Assembly (NCBI GenBank): GCA_963822445.1
Contig: CAWGHO010000002.1
Span: forward strand, 992,001 to 1,056,000
DNA length: 64,000 bases
Reading direction: 5' to 3'
DNA from: an uncultured Acidobacteriota bacterium
GTDB lineage: Bacteria > Acidobacteriota > Thermoanaerobaculia > Gp7-AA8
The notes beneath the pieces are model-generated. The model was not told where the DNA came from and made no database searches. It worked only from the letters and a program-made list of their open reading frames with translations. Below, piece after piece: positions 45,090-55,256 of this stretch (position 1 is its first letter; each line of letters opens with the position of its first letter). The position numbers and the translations under genes were made by a program.

Positions 45090-48000
45090 TCAAAGACGTC
45101 GTCGCATTCGAATGGCGCTATCACACGCGCCAGGCGTCGTTCCTCGCCGCGGCGCTGATCTTCTTCCTCTTCGGCTTCGCGCTGACGGCGCGCGCATTCG
45201 GTCCGGCGAACGTGAACATCGACTCGCCGTACAGCATCACCCAGACCGTCGCGCTGCTCTCGCTGTTCTCGGTCTTCGTGCTCGCCGTCTTCTGCGCGAA
45301 TGCGGTCGTGCGCGATCGGGAGACGAGGATGGAGGAGATCGTCTTCACGACGTCGATCGAGAAACTGCCGTTTCTCTTCGGCCGTTTCACGGGATCGTTT
45401 CTCGCGGCGTTCACGGCGTTCAGCATGTCGGTGGTGGGGATGTTCGTCGCCCGCTTCATGCCCTGGCACGACGCGGACCGGCTCGGCGCGTTGAATCCGC
45501 TGCCTTATCTCTGGGCGCTGCTGGTGGTCGCGCTGCCGAATCTTTTCTTCGCGGCGGTGGTGCTGTTCGGGCTCTCGACGGTGACACGCAGCGTGCTGGC
45601 GAGCTACGCCGGATCGGTGCTGCTCTACGTTCTGTACTTCGTCGCCGCTGCCGCGACGGACTCGCCGTTGCTCGCTGCGTCAGCCCCATCAGCGAGTGAA
45701 GGGATGTCGCTGGCGGCGCTGCTCGATCCGTTTGGACTGTCGGCGTTTTTCGAGCAGACGAAGCATTGGACGCCGGCCGTTCGGAATTCGCGGCTGCTTT
45801 TGTTGAGTGGGTCGTTTCTGCTGAATCGCGTCATCTGGCTGGGGGCGTCGGTTGCGGGGCTGGCAGTGGTTTACCGGCTGTTTTCGTTTCGTGTGGTGCG
45901 GGCCTCTGGCCTACCTCTCAAGCCCCCACCGCCCAAAGGTAGGCCGGAGGCCCACACTACACCGTCGCGGCCGTTCCTCGCCCTCACCAGAATCGAGATC
46001 CGCACGCTCATCCTCAACCGCGCGTTTCTGGCGATGACGCTGTTGTGGGCGGGGCTCGCGGCATTCGAGCTGATCTCGGAAGTCACGCGCGGCGAGTACG
46101 GCTCGGCGACGTATCCGACGCCCGGCATTCTCTTCAGGACGCTCGCCCAGCCGCTGTCGATGCTGGTCACGATCCTCATCGTCTACACGAGCGCGGAGAT
46201 CGTCTGGCGCGAGCGCGCACTGCGCATGGCGGGCATTCTCAACGCGTCGCCGGTGAGCAACGGCGTGTTCGTCGCCGCGAAATGCACCGCGCTCGCGGTG
46301 ATGGTGTTGTTGATGACCGCCGTCGCGGTGATCACCGGCGCGATCCTGCAGCTCGGCCGCGGCTGGCCGATCGAGCCGGGCGCGCTGCTGGCCTTCGTCT
46401 ACTTCAGCGCGATGCCGCTGATCCTGCTGGCCATCGCCGCGGTCGTCATTCAGACGCTGAGCCCGCACAAGTATCTGGGCATGCTGCTGGTGCTGCTGTT
46501 CGCGGTGGTCAGTCAGCGCGGCGAGGTCCTGGGGCTGAACAACCCGCTGTGGCGCTTCGCGAATGCGCCGGGCGTCGAGTACTCGGACATGAACGGCTTC
46601 GGCCGCACCGCGCCGTTCCACTGGTTCATGCTGTACTGGGCTGCCTTCGCCGGCCTGGGTCTGCTCCTGGCGATCGCGCGCTGGCGCGGCACGCAGGTGC
46701 GCGTGCATCGGCCCGTCGCGATCACACTGGCCTTGATCTTCGTTGCCACCGGCGCATTCATTTACGCGAACACGAACACGCACGACATGCTCGCCTGGCG
46801 CGCGGAGTACGAGAAAAAGTACAAGCCGTTCCAGTCCCTTCCCCGGCCTCGCATCAGCGCGATCAAGGCGACGGTCGACCTGTATCCCTCGGCGCGCCGC
46901 TATCGCGTTCGCGGCGAGTACGTTCTGCTCAACGAGACCGCGAAGCCCGTCGACAAAGTGCTCGTGGCCCTGCGGCGCGGCGAGGATCCGACGACACTCG
47001 CGCTCGACCCGCCGCTCGCGCCGCGCGGACGCCGAACCGTGCGGTTCGACGTCACGCACGAGAATCGCGATTTCGTTGCGCCGGATCAGACCATCGTCGA
47101 AAACGGCTCGTACATCACCAGCATCCGCGCGCTGCCGGCGATCGGCTATCGCGCCGGATGGGAGATCGACGATCCCCGCGAGCGCCGCCGCCGCGGCCTG
47201 CCGCCCTCGACGCCGCGTCCCGAGTCAGAGATCCCGATCGCGGAATGGGTCGACGTCGACCTGACCGTGTCGACCGAGACGGATCAAACCGTCGTCGCAC
47301 CTGGAACGCTCGTGCGCGATTGGAAAGAAGCGACGCGCCGCTTCTTTCACTACCGCACCGCAGCGCCGATCCCGAATCAATTCGCAATCTCCTCGGCCCG
47401 CTACACGCTCTCGAAGCAGACCCACGACGGCGTGGCCATCGAGCTGTATCACCACCCGCGGCACACGCCGAACATCGAGCGGATGACGCGCGCGGCGGCA
47501 GATTCACTGCGTTACTACCGCGACAACTTCGGACCGTACGCGCATCCGCATCTGCGCATCGCGGAAGTTCCGATTCCGATGTTCTCCGCATTCGCGCAGC
47601 CAGGCGTGCTGTTCTTCGGCGAGAACCGCGGCTTTCTCATCGACGCGCGCGATGAGCGCCGCATCGATCTGGTTTACCGCCGCGTCGCGCATGAGATCGC
47701 CCATCAGTGGTTCGGCTACACGCTCATTCCGGCCGACGTGCCCGGTGCGTCGACGCTCGCCGAGTCGCTCACGAAGTACGCGGAGCTGATGGTGCTGAAG
47801 AAGGCCCACGGCCGCGAGCAGGTCGGCCAGTCGCTGGCGTATGAGCTCGACCTTTATCTTTCCGGCCGAACGACAGTCACCGGCGCGGAGCCTCCGGTGG
47901 TGAAAGCGGAGAGCGACCAGCCGTTCCTCTTCTACCGCAAAGGCGCGATCGTGCTGTACGCGATCGAGGAGCTTCTCGGCGAACAGACCATGAACGCCGC

Positions 48001-48412
48001 GCTGAGAAATCTGATCCGCGAACAGGGCGGTCCGAATCACAAGCCGACCACCGCGCATCTTCTGCAGCACCTGCACGCCGTCGCGAAGCCCGAGGAGCGC
48101 AAATTCATCGATGAGTGGCTGAATGACGTCGTGCTGTACGACGTGAAGCTCGAGTCGGCGGTCGCGAATGGTTCCAAGGTCACGCTGCGCGTCAGCGCTT
48201 CGAAGGAGCGGGCGAATGGAGAGCGGCTGCCGTTCGACGAGATGCTGGAGATCGCCGTCGGCGATCACGTCGCGAAGTACCGGGTGAAGGATGGAACGCA
48301 GGAGATCAAGGTCAGAGTCGCCGGCGAGGCCCACTTCGCGGAGATCGACCCGTTGAACACCCGGGTCGATCGCAACCGATTCGACAACGGAAGAGTGGTC
48401 ACGCAGCCCTGA
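45086..48412 (+). CDS. ABC-2 permease (two TM halves) fused to an M1 aminopeptidase domain
   Basis: Two TM blocks then HEIAHQW..(18)..E zinc motif and YRKG; ATGA-coupled to the ATPase. Confidence 0.9.
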   Translation: MIKDVVAFEWRYHTRQASFLAAALIFFLFGFALTARAFGPANVNIDSPYSITQTVALLSLFSVFVLAVFCANAVVRDRETRMEEIVFTTSIEKLPFLFGRFTGSFLAAFTAFSMSVVGMFVARFMPWHDADRLGALNPLPYLWALLVVALPNLFFAAVVLFGLSTVTRSVLASYAGSVLLYVLYFVAAAATDSPLLAASAPSASEGMSLAALLDPFGLSAFFEQTKHWTPAVRNSRLLLLSGSFLLNRVIWLGASVAGLAVVYRLFSFRVVRASGLPLKPPPPKGRPEAHTTPSRPFLALTRIEIRTLILNRAFLAMTLLWAGLAAFELISEVTRGEYGSATYPTPGILFRTLAQPLSMLVTILIVYTSAEIVWRERALRMAGILNASPVSNGVFVAAKCTALAVMVLLMTAVAVITGAILQLGRGWPIEPGALLAFVYFSAMPLILLAIAAVVIQTLSPHKYLGMLLVLLFAVVSQRGEVLGLNNPLWRFANAPGVEYSDMNGFGRTAPFHWFMLYWAAFAGLGLLLAIARWRGTQVRVHRPVAITLALIFVATGAFIYANTNTHDMLAWRAEYEKKYKPFQSLPRPRISAIKATVDLYPSARRYRVRGEYVLLNETAKPVDKVLVALRRGEDPTTLALDPPLAPRGRRTVRFDVTHENRDFVAPDQTIVENGSYITSIRALPAIGYRAGWEIDDPRERRRRGLPPSTPRPESEIPIAEWVDVDLTVSTETDQTVVAPGTLVRDWKEATRRFFHYRTAAPIPNQFAISSARYTLSKQTHDGVAIELYHHPRHTPNIERMTRAAADSLRYYRDNFGPYAHPHLRIAEVPIPMFSAFAQPGVLFFGENRGFLIDARDERRIDLVYRRVAHEIAHQWFGYTLIPADVPGASTLAESLTKYAELMVLKKAHGREQVGQSLAYELDLYLSGRTTVTGAEPPVVKAESDQPFLFYRKGAIVLYAIEELLGEQTMNAALRNLIREQGGPNHKPTTAHLLQHLHAVAKPEERKFIDEWLNDVVLYDVKLESAVANGSKVTLRVSASKERANGERLPFDEMLEIAVGDHVAKYRVKDGTQEIKVRVAGEAHFAEIDPLNTRVDRNRFDNGRVVTQP
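45890..45962. repeat. REPIN-like element copy lying in frame inside the permease/M1 gene
   Basis: Arms 45890-45915 (three substitutions) and 45938-45962 (identical) match the 23839-23911 element in reverse orientation; shared spacer end CCGCCCAAA. Confidence 0.9.
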
Positions 48413-48432
48413 TCTTGCATGGAGCCGGGCTC

Positions 48433-49587
48433 ATGATCCGGTTCCTGCCCCTCGTCGTCACAGTCGCGCTCAGCCTCTCCCTCGCAGCCCAGAACGTCGT
48501 CCTGCAACCGGTGGTCGGCAATCTCACCGCGCCGGTAGCGATCGCCCACGCCGGTGACGACCGGCTGCTCATCGTCCTGCAGGCGGGGCAAATCGTGATC
48601 TGGAACGGGACCAGCCTGCTGCCCACGCCGTTCCTCGACATCCGCCCGCTCGTCCTCGCCGGCGGCGAGCGCGGCCTCCTCGGCCTGGCCTTCCATCCCG
48701 ATTACGCGCAGAACGGCTTCTTCTATGTGAACTACACCAACCGGGCGGGAAACGGAGACACGGTCATCGCCCGCTACACGGTGTCGGCTGCCGACCCGAA
48801 TCGCGCCGACCCCGCCTCCGCGCGCACCCTCCTCACCATCGACCAGCCCTTCTCCAATCACAACGGCGGACAACTGCAATTCGGCCGGGATGGCTACCTC
48901 TACATCGGTATGGGCGACGGCGGCTCGGGCGGCGATCCGCAGAACAATGCGCAGAATCGTGCGCAACTGTTGGGCAAGATGTTGCGCATCGACGTCGACA
49001 GCGGCAATCCCTACGGCATCCCGCCGACCAACCCGTTCGTCGGGCAGTCCGGTGTGCGGCCGGAGATCTGGGCCACCGGGATGCGCAACCCCTGGCGGTT
49101 CTCATTCGACCGCATCACCTCCGACCTCTGGATCGCCGACGTCGGTCAGGGGGACGTCGAGGAGATCGATTTCCAGCCGGCTTCGAGCCGCGGCGGGGAG
49201 AACTACGGCTGGCGGATCAAGGAAGGCTCGGAGTGCTTCAACAGCAACAACTGCAACAGCGCGGGGCTGGTCGATCCCGTGGTCGAGTATGGCCACACGA
49301 ACGGCGCCTGCTCCGTGACCGGCGGCTACGTCTATCGCGGCACGCGCACGCCGCGCCTGACCGGGACGTACATCTACGGCGACTACTGCAACGGCGTGAT
49401 CTGGGGAGCAACGCGAAACGCGAGCGGCGCGGTCACGACGCGGGTCCTCATCGACACCAACCTGTTCATCAGCACGTTCGGCGAGGATGCGAACGGCGAG
49501 GTGTACGTCGCCGATCACAACGGCGCCATTTATCGCATCACCGATTCGATCCCGCTGCCGCCGCGACGCCGTTCCGTGCGCAAGTAA
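48433..49587 (+). CDS. Secreted PQQ-dependent glucose/sorbosone dehydrogenase-family protein with RRRSVRK tail
   Basis: Signal peptide, GERGLLGLAFHP, NHNGG.L.FG.DG.LY..MGDGG, GKMLRID, GMRNPWR, NYGW. Confidence 0.92.
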   Translation: MIRFLPLVVTVALSLSLAAQNVVLQPVVGNLTAPVAIAHAGDDRLLIVLQAGQIVIWNGTSLLPTPFLDIRPLVLAGGERGLLGLAFHPDYAQNGFFYVNYTNRAGNGDTVIARYTVSAADPNRADPASARTLLTIDQPFSNHNGGQLQFGRDGYLYIGMGDGGSGGDPQNNAQNRAQLLGKMLRIDVDSGNPYGIPPTNPFVGQSGVRPEIWATGMRNPWRFSFDRITSDLWIADVGQGDVEEIDFQPASSRGGENYGWRIKEGSECFNSNNCNSAGLVDPVVEYGHTNGACSVTGGYVYRGTRTPRLTGTYIYGDYCNGVIWGATRNASGAVTTRVLIDTNLFISTFGEDANGEVYVADHNGAIYRITDSIPLPPRRRSVRK

Positions 49588-49606
49588 CTGTACGATCCGC
49601 GGCCGC

Positions 49607-50263
49607 ATGCCTTCGTTCGACGGATTGATTCGCGAGCTCGCCGCGGCCGTGGTGTCGGATCGGGCCACGAATCAGTTCTCGGACACCGTGGGTGATCTGC
49701 AGGAAAACGCGATCCGGCGCCGCAATCTCAAGCTGTATCTGAGCGAGCTCGCGGCAATCGGTCCGCGCATGCTGCTCATCGGTGAGGCGGTGAGCTACCG
49801 CGGCGGACGGCTCACCGGCATCGCCTTCGTGAGCGAGACGGTGATGCTAGGCGGAGTGGAGATCAGCTCCGGCCGCATCCTCGGCGCCGATCACGGCTAT
49901 CGCAAGGCGACGCCCGGGCCGAGGCTTTCGACGGAGGCCAGCGCGACGATGGTGTGGGGAACGATTGCGGACATCAGGCCGCTGCCGCTGCTCTGGAACG
50001 CCTTTCCCTTCCACCCGTTCCACGAGGGAGAGCCGCTCACCAACCGAGTCCCCAGCGCCGCCGAGCTGCTCCTGGGCCAGCCCTTCATCGAGCGATTGCT
50101 GAAACTGTTTCCGATCGAGCAGATCGTGGCCATCGGCAACCAGGCCTCGCTGTCGCTCACGCGGCTCGGGATCGCCCACGAAAAAGTGCGCCATCCGTCG
50201 ATGGGCGGCAAAAACCAGTTCGTCGAGGGAGTGGCCCGGCTGTCGCAAGCTTCGAAGGCATGA
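49607..50263 (+). CDS. Uracil-DNA glycosylase superfamily protein
   Basis: IGEA.SYRG...TGIAF, WNAFPFHP, NRVP, RHPS motifs. Confidence 0.85.
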   Translation: MPSFDGLIRELAAAVVSDRATNQFSDTVGDLQENAIRRRNLKLYLSELAAIGPRMLLIGEAVSYRGGRLTGIAFVSETVMLGGVEISSGRILGADHGYRKATPGPRLSTEASATMVWGTIADIRPLPLLWNAFPFHPFHEGEPLTNRVPSAAELLLGQPFIERLLKLFPIEQIVAIGNQASLSLTRLGIAHEKVRHPSMGGKNQFVEGVARLSQASKA

Positions 50264-50439
50264 AGAAGAAGAGCCAGATTCAGGAGATCAAGGAAGGCCG
50301 GGCCATGCGCGAGCGGGTCTGGTCGGGACGCTTGCAGCCCGCCGGGCCGCGCGTCGATTTGAGGACGGAGAACGCCGTGAAGCTGACGACCGTGCCGAGC
50401 TCGGCGGAGGAGAAGTACAACGGGGGAAACGAGGACTAG
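50260..50439 (+). CDS. Small hypothetical protein (59 aa, MKKKSQIQE...GGNED)
   Basis: ATGA overlap with the UDG stop; fills the gap to moaA; host-like codons. Confidence 0.55.
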   Translation: MKKKSQIQEIKEGRAMRERVWSGRLQPAGPRVDLRTENAVKLTTVPSSAEEKYNGGNED

Positions 50440-51446
50440 CCCCCGATGTGTGACATCTCCACTTTCCTGAGCTCCCGCGTGTTCTCCGACCGCACTTCCG
50501 AATAGCGATCCTCGCGGCCGCGCCACACATTGGCGATGGCCTCGGCGATGACGTCATCGCTCGCGCCGTTTCGCAGCAGCGCGCGCAGGTCGTGGCCGTG
50601 CGTCGCGAACAGACACAGATACAAATGGCCGTTCGCGGAAAGCCGCGCGCGCGTGCACGTGCCGCAGAACGGCTGCGTGACGGACGTGATTACGCCGATC
50701 TCGCCGCCACCGTCGGCGTATTGCCAGCGCTCGGCGACCTCGCCGAAATAGTTCCCATCAGCCGGCACGAGCGGCCATTCGCGCGAGAGCGTCTCGATGA
50801 TCTCGCGTCCCGGCACGACGTCATCGACGCGCCAGCCGTTGGTGTTGCCGACGTCCATGTACTCGATGAAGCGGATGATCGTGCCCGTGCCGCGGAAGCG
50901 CCGCGCCAGATCGACGATGCCGCCCGCGTTCATGTCCCGCCTGACCATCACGTCGATCTTCAGCGGCGTCAGGCCGGCCTCGATGGCGTGATCGATCGCT
51001 TCGAGCACGCGCGCCACCGGAAAGTCGACATCATTCATCGCGCGGAACACGGCGTCATCGAGCGAGTCGAGACTGATCGTCACCCGTGACAAACCGGCAG
51101 CCTTCAACGCCCGCGCCTTTTCGCGCGTCAGCAGCGATCCGTTCGTAGTCAGAGCGATGTCATCGAGTCCTTCGATGGTTGCCAGCTGTTCGACCAGCAG
51201 CTCGAGATCGCGGCGCAGCAGAGGCTCGCCGCCGGTGAGCCGCACCTTGCGCACGCCGTTGCGGACGAACAGACGCGCCAGACGCGTGATCTCCTCGAAC
51301 GTCAGCAGCTCATCGCGCTTCAGAAACGCGAAGTCGCCGCCAAACACGTCCTTGGGCATGCAGTACGGGCAGCGGAAATTGCAGCGGTCCGTGACCGAGA
51401 TGCGCAGGTCGCGGACGGGGCGGCCCAGTTTGTCCAGGGGGGACAT
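50436..51446 (-). CDS. moaA: GTP 3',8-cyclase (molybdenum cofactor biosynthesis radical SAM)
   Basis: [38 protein letters not shown]...LC, C-terminal MSHIGG. Confidence 0.96.
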   Translation of the reverse strand: MSPLDKLGRPVRDLRISVTDRCNFRCPYCMPKDVFGGDFAFLKRDELLTFEEITRLARLFVRNGVRKVRLTGGEPLLRRDLELLVEQLATIEGLDDIALTTNGSLLTREKARALKAAGLSRVTISLDSLDDAVFRAMNDVDFPVARVLEAIDHAIEAGLTPLKIDVMVRRDMNAGGIVDLARRFRGTGTIIRFIEYMDVGNTNGWRVDDVVPGREIIETLSREWPLVPADGNYFGEVAERWQYADGGGEIGVITSVTQPFCGTCTRARLSANGHLYLCLFATHGHDLRALLRNGASDDVIAEAIANVWRGREDRYSEVRSENTRELRKVEMSHIGG

Positions 51447-51459
51447 GTATCCGGCGAAA

Positions 51460-52269
51460 CTACGCCGGAGGGAACAAAAACTCCAGCGCCAGCCGCACGC
51501 GCCGGGCCCAGGCCCGCTCGCTGTGATCGCCGCGCCGGTCTTCGTAATACCGCAGCGTTTCGTCGGTCCAGCCTTTGGCCTTCAGCCGATCGCGAAGCGT
51601 CCGCGCGTCGTCGAGCGTGTTCTGCCCTTCGCGACCGCCAACGTCGAGCCACATCCGCGGCCGCGGTCCGTCGAACGCGTCGACTTCCTTCAGGATCGCG
51701 CGATCGTTCCACCACACGGAGGGCGACATGATCACGGCACCGCGAAAGACCTGCGGATGTTTGAGCGCGAGGTAGAGCGAAACCAGTCCGCCGAGGGATG
51801 AACCGCCGACGGCCGAGTCATCGGGGACGGTCCGGTACTTCTTGTCGATGGCCGGCTTGATCACGTCGAGCAGGAACTTCGCGTACTCGTTCGCCCGCCC
51901 GCCGCCGGCGTGTTTCGGATCGACCGTGGGCGTGTATTCATCGATGCGCGCGGGTCCGGCGTGATCGATGCCGGCGATGATCATCGGCGCCGCGGTCCGC
52001 TCACCGATCGCGCTATCGGCCGCTTCCTGCAGTTTCCAGTGCTGGCCGGGGATGTAGGAGCGATGCGCGTGAAAGAGATTCTGCCCGTCGTGCATGTACA
52101 GCACGCGATAGCGGGGATCGTCGCGCTCGTCGTAGCCGGGAGGCAGATAGATGGTGACCTGCCGGCCTTCGACGTCGAACGAATCGACGCGGCCGGTGCG
52201 GATCGCGGAGCGGCGATTCTCAGGTTTGAAGATGCGGCGGAGAGCTGTCCTCAGCGAAGGTTCAGGCAA
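51460..52269 (-). CDS. Alpha/beta-hydrolase esterase (IroE/Fes-like putative esterase)
   Basis: [24 protein letters not shown] nucleophile elbow, HSE.AW; TTG start uncertain. Confidence 0.88.
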   Translation of the reverse strand: MPEPSLRTALRRIFKPENRRSAIRTGRVDSFDVEGRQVTIYLPPGYDERDDPRYRVLYMHDGQNLFHAHRSYIPGQHWKLQEAADSAIGERTAAPMIIAGIDHAGPARIDEYTPTVDPKHAGGGRANEYAKFLLDVIKPAIDKKYRTVPDDSAVGGSSLGGLVSLYLALKHPQVFRGAVIMSPSVWWNDRAILKEVDAFDGPRPRMWLDVGGREGQNTLDDARTLRDRLKAKGWTDETLRYYEDRRGDHSERAWARRVRLALEFLFPPA

Positions 52270-52732
52270 GTTCCCGATACCCGCTGCGGAAGTAGACCAA
52301 TGGCGCGCCCTCGCGCGTCCGGGCATGCTCGACGACGCCGACGAAAATCGAGTGATCCCCGCCGTCGAGTTGGTTGAAGAGGTTGCATTCGAGATTGCAG
52401 ATCGCGCCGCTGATGAGGGGGACGCCGAGCTCGCCCATTTCGTATTCGACGCCGGCGAATTTGTCGTCGCTGCGGGAGGCGAACTGCGCGGAAAGATCCT
52501 TCTGATCGAGGCCTAAGATATTCACTCCAAACCGTTTCGCGGCGGCGATGGCACCGTGAGTCTGCATGTTCCGGCCCACACAGATCAGGATCAGCGGCGG
52601 GGCGAGGGAGAGCGACGCGAACGAGGCCACGGTCATCCCGTACAGCTCGCCCTGGTGCTCGGTGGTCACGACCGTCACGCCGCTGGGGAAATGCGACATG
52701 GCCTGCCTGAAGAGCGATTCTTCGATCGGCAT
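52262..52732 (-). CDS. Flavin reductase family protein
   Basis: FRQAMS.F.SGVTVVT, GMT..SF.S.SL.PPL, GDH.IF.G.V, PL.Y..SGY. Confidence 0.93.
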   Translation of the reverse strand: MPIEESLFRQAMSHFPSGVTVVTTEHQGELYGMTVASFASLSLAPPLILICVGRNMQTHGAIAAAKRFGVNILGLDQKDLSAQFASRSDDKFAGVEYEMGELGVPLISGAICNLECNLFNQLDGGDHSIFVGVVEHARTREGAPLVYFRSGYRELA

Positions 52733-52784
52733 AGGGGCGTGAGTGTACTGCAAACTTTTTGGCAAACGAGGCGTATGAGAGGGC

Positions 52785-53759
52785 ATGCGCCGCACACTGA
52801 CTTTCGCCCTTCTCCTTCTCGCCGCCACGTCCGTCTTTGCAGCCGACGACGTCATCCGCAAGGGGTTCAACGTCACCGACGGCGGCACGCTCCGCCTGGA
52901 GGCCAACTACGGCGACGTCACCATCGTTTCCGGTGGGACCGGCCTGGCGGTGGAAATCATCCGCAAGGCCCGCGGGAAGGACGCCGCGGAGCGCCTGCGC
53001 GACCACAAGATCCAGTTTTCGCAGCAGGGGAACGACGTGGTCATCTCCACCGATGACGACGACCGTGACGACCGGAAGTGGTTCAACTGGTTCGACTGGA
53101 ACGACGACTTCGAGGTGGAGTGGAACATCCGCGTTCCGAAGAATTACAACCTGAACGTCCGCACGTCCGGCGGCTCGATCGAGCTCGACGACGTCGGCGG
53201 CGCGGTCGAGGCCCACACTTCCGGCGGCAGCATCAAGACCGGCCGCCTCGGCGGCATCGCGAACCTGCGCACGTCCGGCGGATCGATCTCCATCGACGGC
53301 GCGGCGGCGAAGGTCGACGCGCGGACTTCCGGCGGCTCGATCCGCGTCGGCGACACCGACGGACCCGTCGAGGTCCGCACCTCGGGTGGCTCGATCGCGC
53401 TGGCCCGGATTCGCGGAAGCATCGTTGCGCGCACGTCCGGCGGCGGCATCACCATCGAGGACGCGACCGGCAGCGTCGACGCATCGACGTCCGGCGGCTC
53501 CATCAAAGCAAGACTCTCCGGTCAGATGGTCGGCGACTCGAAACTGGCCACGTCCGGCGGCGGCATCACCGTGTCGATGGCGCCGAACGTCGCCGCGGAT
53601 CTCGACGCGCGAGCCAGCGGCGGCGGCGTCTCGTCCGATCTGCCGATCACCATTCAGGGCACGATGGACGACGACGAGCTGCGCGGAAAGATCAACGGCG
53701 GCGGCCCGAAGCTGACGCTGCGGACGTCCGGCGGCGGGATCAAGGTAAAGAGTTTGTAG
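52785..53759 (+). CDS. Secreted DUF4097-type beta-strand repeat protein
   Basis: Signal peptide; about ten TSGG[SG]I repeats. Confidence 0.88.
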   Translation: MRRTLTFALLLLAATSVFAADDVIRKGFNVTDGGTLRLEANYGDVTIVSGGTGLAVEIIRKARGKDAAERLRDHKIQFSQQGNDVVISTDDDDRDDRKWFNWFDWNDDFEVEWNIRVPKNYNLNVRTSGGSIELDDVGGAVEAHTSGGSIKTGRLGGIANLRTSGGSISIDGAAAKVDARTSGGSIRVGDTDGPVEVRTSGGSIALARIRGSIVARTSGGGITIEDATGSVDASTSGGSIKARLSGQMVGDSKLATSGGGITVSMAPNVAADLDARASGGGVSSDLPITIQGTMDDDELRGKINGGGPKLTLRTSGGGIKVKSL

Positions 53760-55110
53760 TTGCCAGAATTGTCTTCGCCGCCGCGCGGGCGCTGGCCAGC
53801 GCGGCGTCGGAGAGCAATCCTTCACTCCCCACCCAGTCACCGGCGATGTAGAGCCCGCGGATCGGCGTCGTGTGCGGCGGGCGCTGCGCGCCGGGCGTAA
53901 TCATCGCGTTGGCAACGGTCATGGCCGGCAGGAAGCGGCGATGCACGACTTCGTTCCGCCAGCCCGGCTGCACGCGATCGAGCAGCCCTTCCAGCTCGGC
54001 TTCGTCCTCGCTCATTCCGCCGCGGCGTTTCGCGCTGCTGTCGTAGTCGTCGGAGAGCGTGCGCTGATCCTTCAGATACTTCGCTGTGTGAATCAGCGCG
54101 CCGCCTTTCGGCGCGACCTGCGCAAAGGCCGAATGCACGGAGAGGTACAGGGGCCGGTCGACTCCGAGCGCGAAGGTGTTCTTCGGATCGGGCAACGTTC
54201 GCAGCGCCACATCGAGGCAGGCCGCGAGGATCGGCCGCAACGACGTCCAGCTCTGCGAGATCGCGGGATCTTCGATGAGCTCCGCGGCGGTCTGCGGATC
54301 GACGGCAAGAATCACAGTCGACGCCGGGATGCGCGCGCCGACGACATCCTCCGGCTTCATCTCCGGGTAGGCGATCGACTGCGTGTCCATGCGGTCGGCA
54401 TCGAACTCGAGGCCGCCCAGCTCGACCGATTTCACCTCGCCGTTCTCGTGATGCACGCCCACGATGCGCGAGCTGCTCACGAAATTGACGCCTGCCGCGA
54501 CCGCGGCGTTGTGCAGCGAGTCGACGAGCTTCTGCCAGCCTTCGTGAATGTACTTCGCGCCGCGCAAAGCGATCTTCGCCTGTGCCAGCGCCGGCGCCGC
54601 GCTCTCGATCTCCGCATGATTGGAGTAGGTGAAGAGCCGGAAGAAGGCCTGCATCAATTCACGCAGACGCTCATCGGAGATGTTCTCGTCGAGCCACTGC
54701 CGCAGCGTGATCGACGCATAGCGCGACGGATCGATGCGGCGCAGCTTCACCATCAATCCGAGCAACTGCATCTTCGCCATCGGACCGAGAAACGACGTGC
54801 CGAGAATCGACCAGAACGAGCCCGGGAACTTGAACTCGTCGTTGCCGGCGATGAGCACTCCTCGCGCGCGAGCCAGGCCACCGTCGGCGGGGATGCCCAG
54901 CTCGCGATACGCGGCCGAGGCGGCGCCCGTTCGATAGAGCGCGTGGGCGCCGAGGTTGAAGCGGAAGCCCTGGCGGAGATTGCTGATGGCGCGGCCGCCG
55001 AGGTGGCGGCGCTTTTCGAAAAGCGTGACGTTCCGGCCGCCGCGGGCGAGATAGATGGAGGCCGCGAGACCGGCCAGACCGCCACCCACGACGATCACGT
55101 TCTTGCTCAC
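53740..55110 (-). CDS. FAD-dependent oxidoreductase (phytoene dehydrogenase-like)
   Basis: VGGGLAGL, E.....GGR, FNLGAHALY, GLYIAGDWVG. Confidence 0.88.
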   Translation of the reverse strand: MSKNVIVVGGGLAGLAASIYLARGGRNVTLFEKRRHLGGRAISNLRQGFRFNLGAHALYRTGAASAAYRELGIPADGGLARARGVLIAGNDEFKFPGSFWSILGTSFLGPMAKMQLLGLMVKLRRIDPSRYASITLRQWLDENISDERLRELMQAFFRLFTYSNHAEIESAAPALAQAKIALRGAKYIHEGWQKLVDSLHNAAVAAGVNFVSSSRIVGVHHENGEVKSVELGGLEFDADRMDTQSIAYPEMKPEDVVGARIPASTVILAVDPQTAAELIEDPAISQSWTSLRPILAACLDVALRTLPDPKNTFALGVDRPLYLSVHSAFAQVAPKGGALIHTAKYLKDQRTLSDDYDSSAKRRGGMSEDEAELEGLLDRVQPGWRNEVVHRRFLPAMTVANAMITPGAQRPPHTTPIRGLYIAGDWVGSEGLLSDAALASARAAAKTILATTNSLP

Positions 55111-55256
55111 GAGCCGGCGATGGTACTCGATTTCAGCGTCTCCTCACGTCCACCTCGCGCGGCATGTGTGGCAGAATCGCCGAGGGTCACACAGGGCTGA
55201 AACCTCTGGTATACGGCAATTTGCCTCGCAGGCAGCCTGTTCAATGTCGGAGTTCA

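Noticed and set aside
44226-48412. ABC permease-M1 aminopeptidase fusion as a novelty
   Set aside because: This fusion with an adjacent ATPase is an already recognised, widespread architecture; only the embedded repeat is unusual.
53160-53745. ACGTCCGGCGGC nucleotide repeats
   Set aside because: They encode the TSGG repeats of a DUF4097-type protein.
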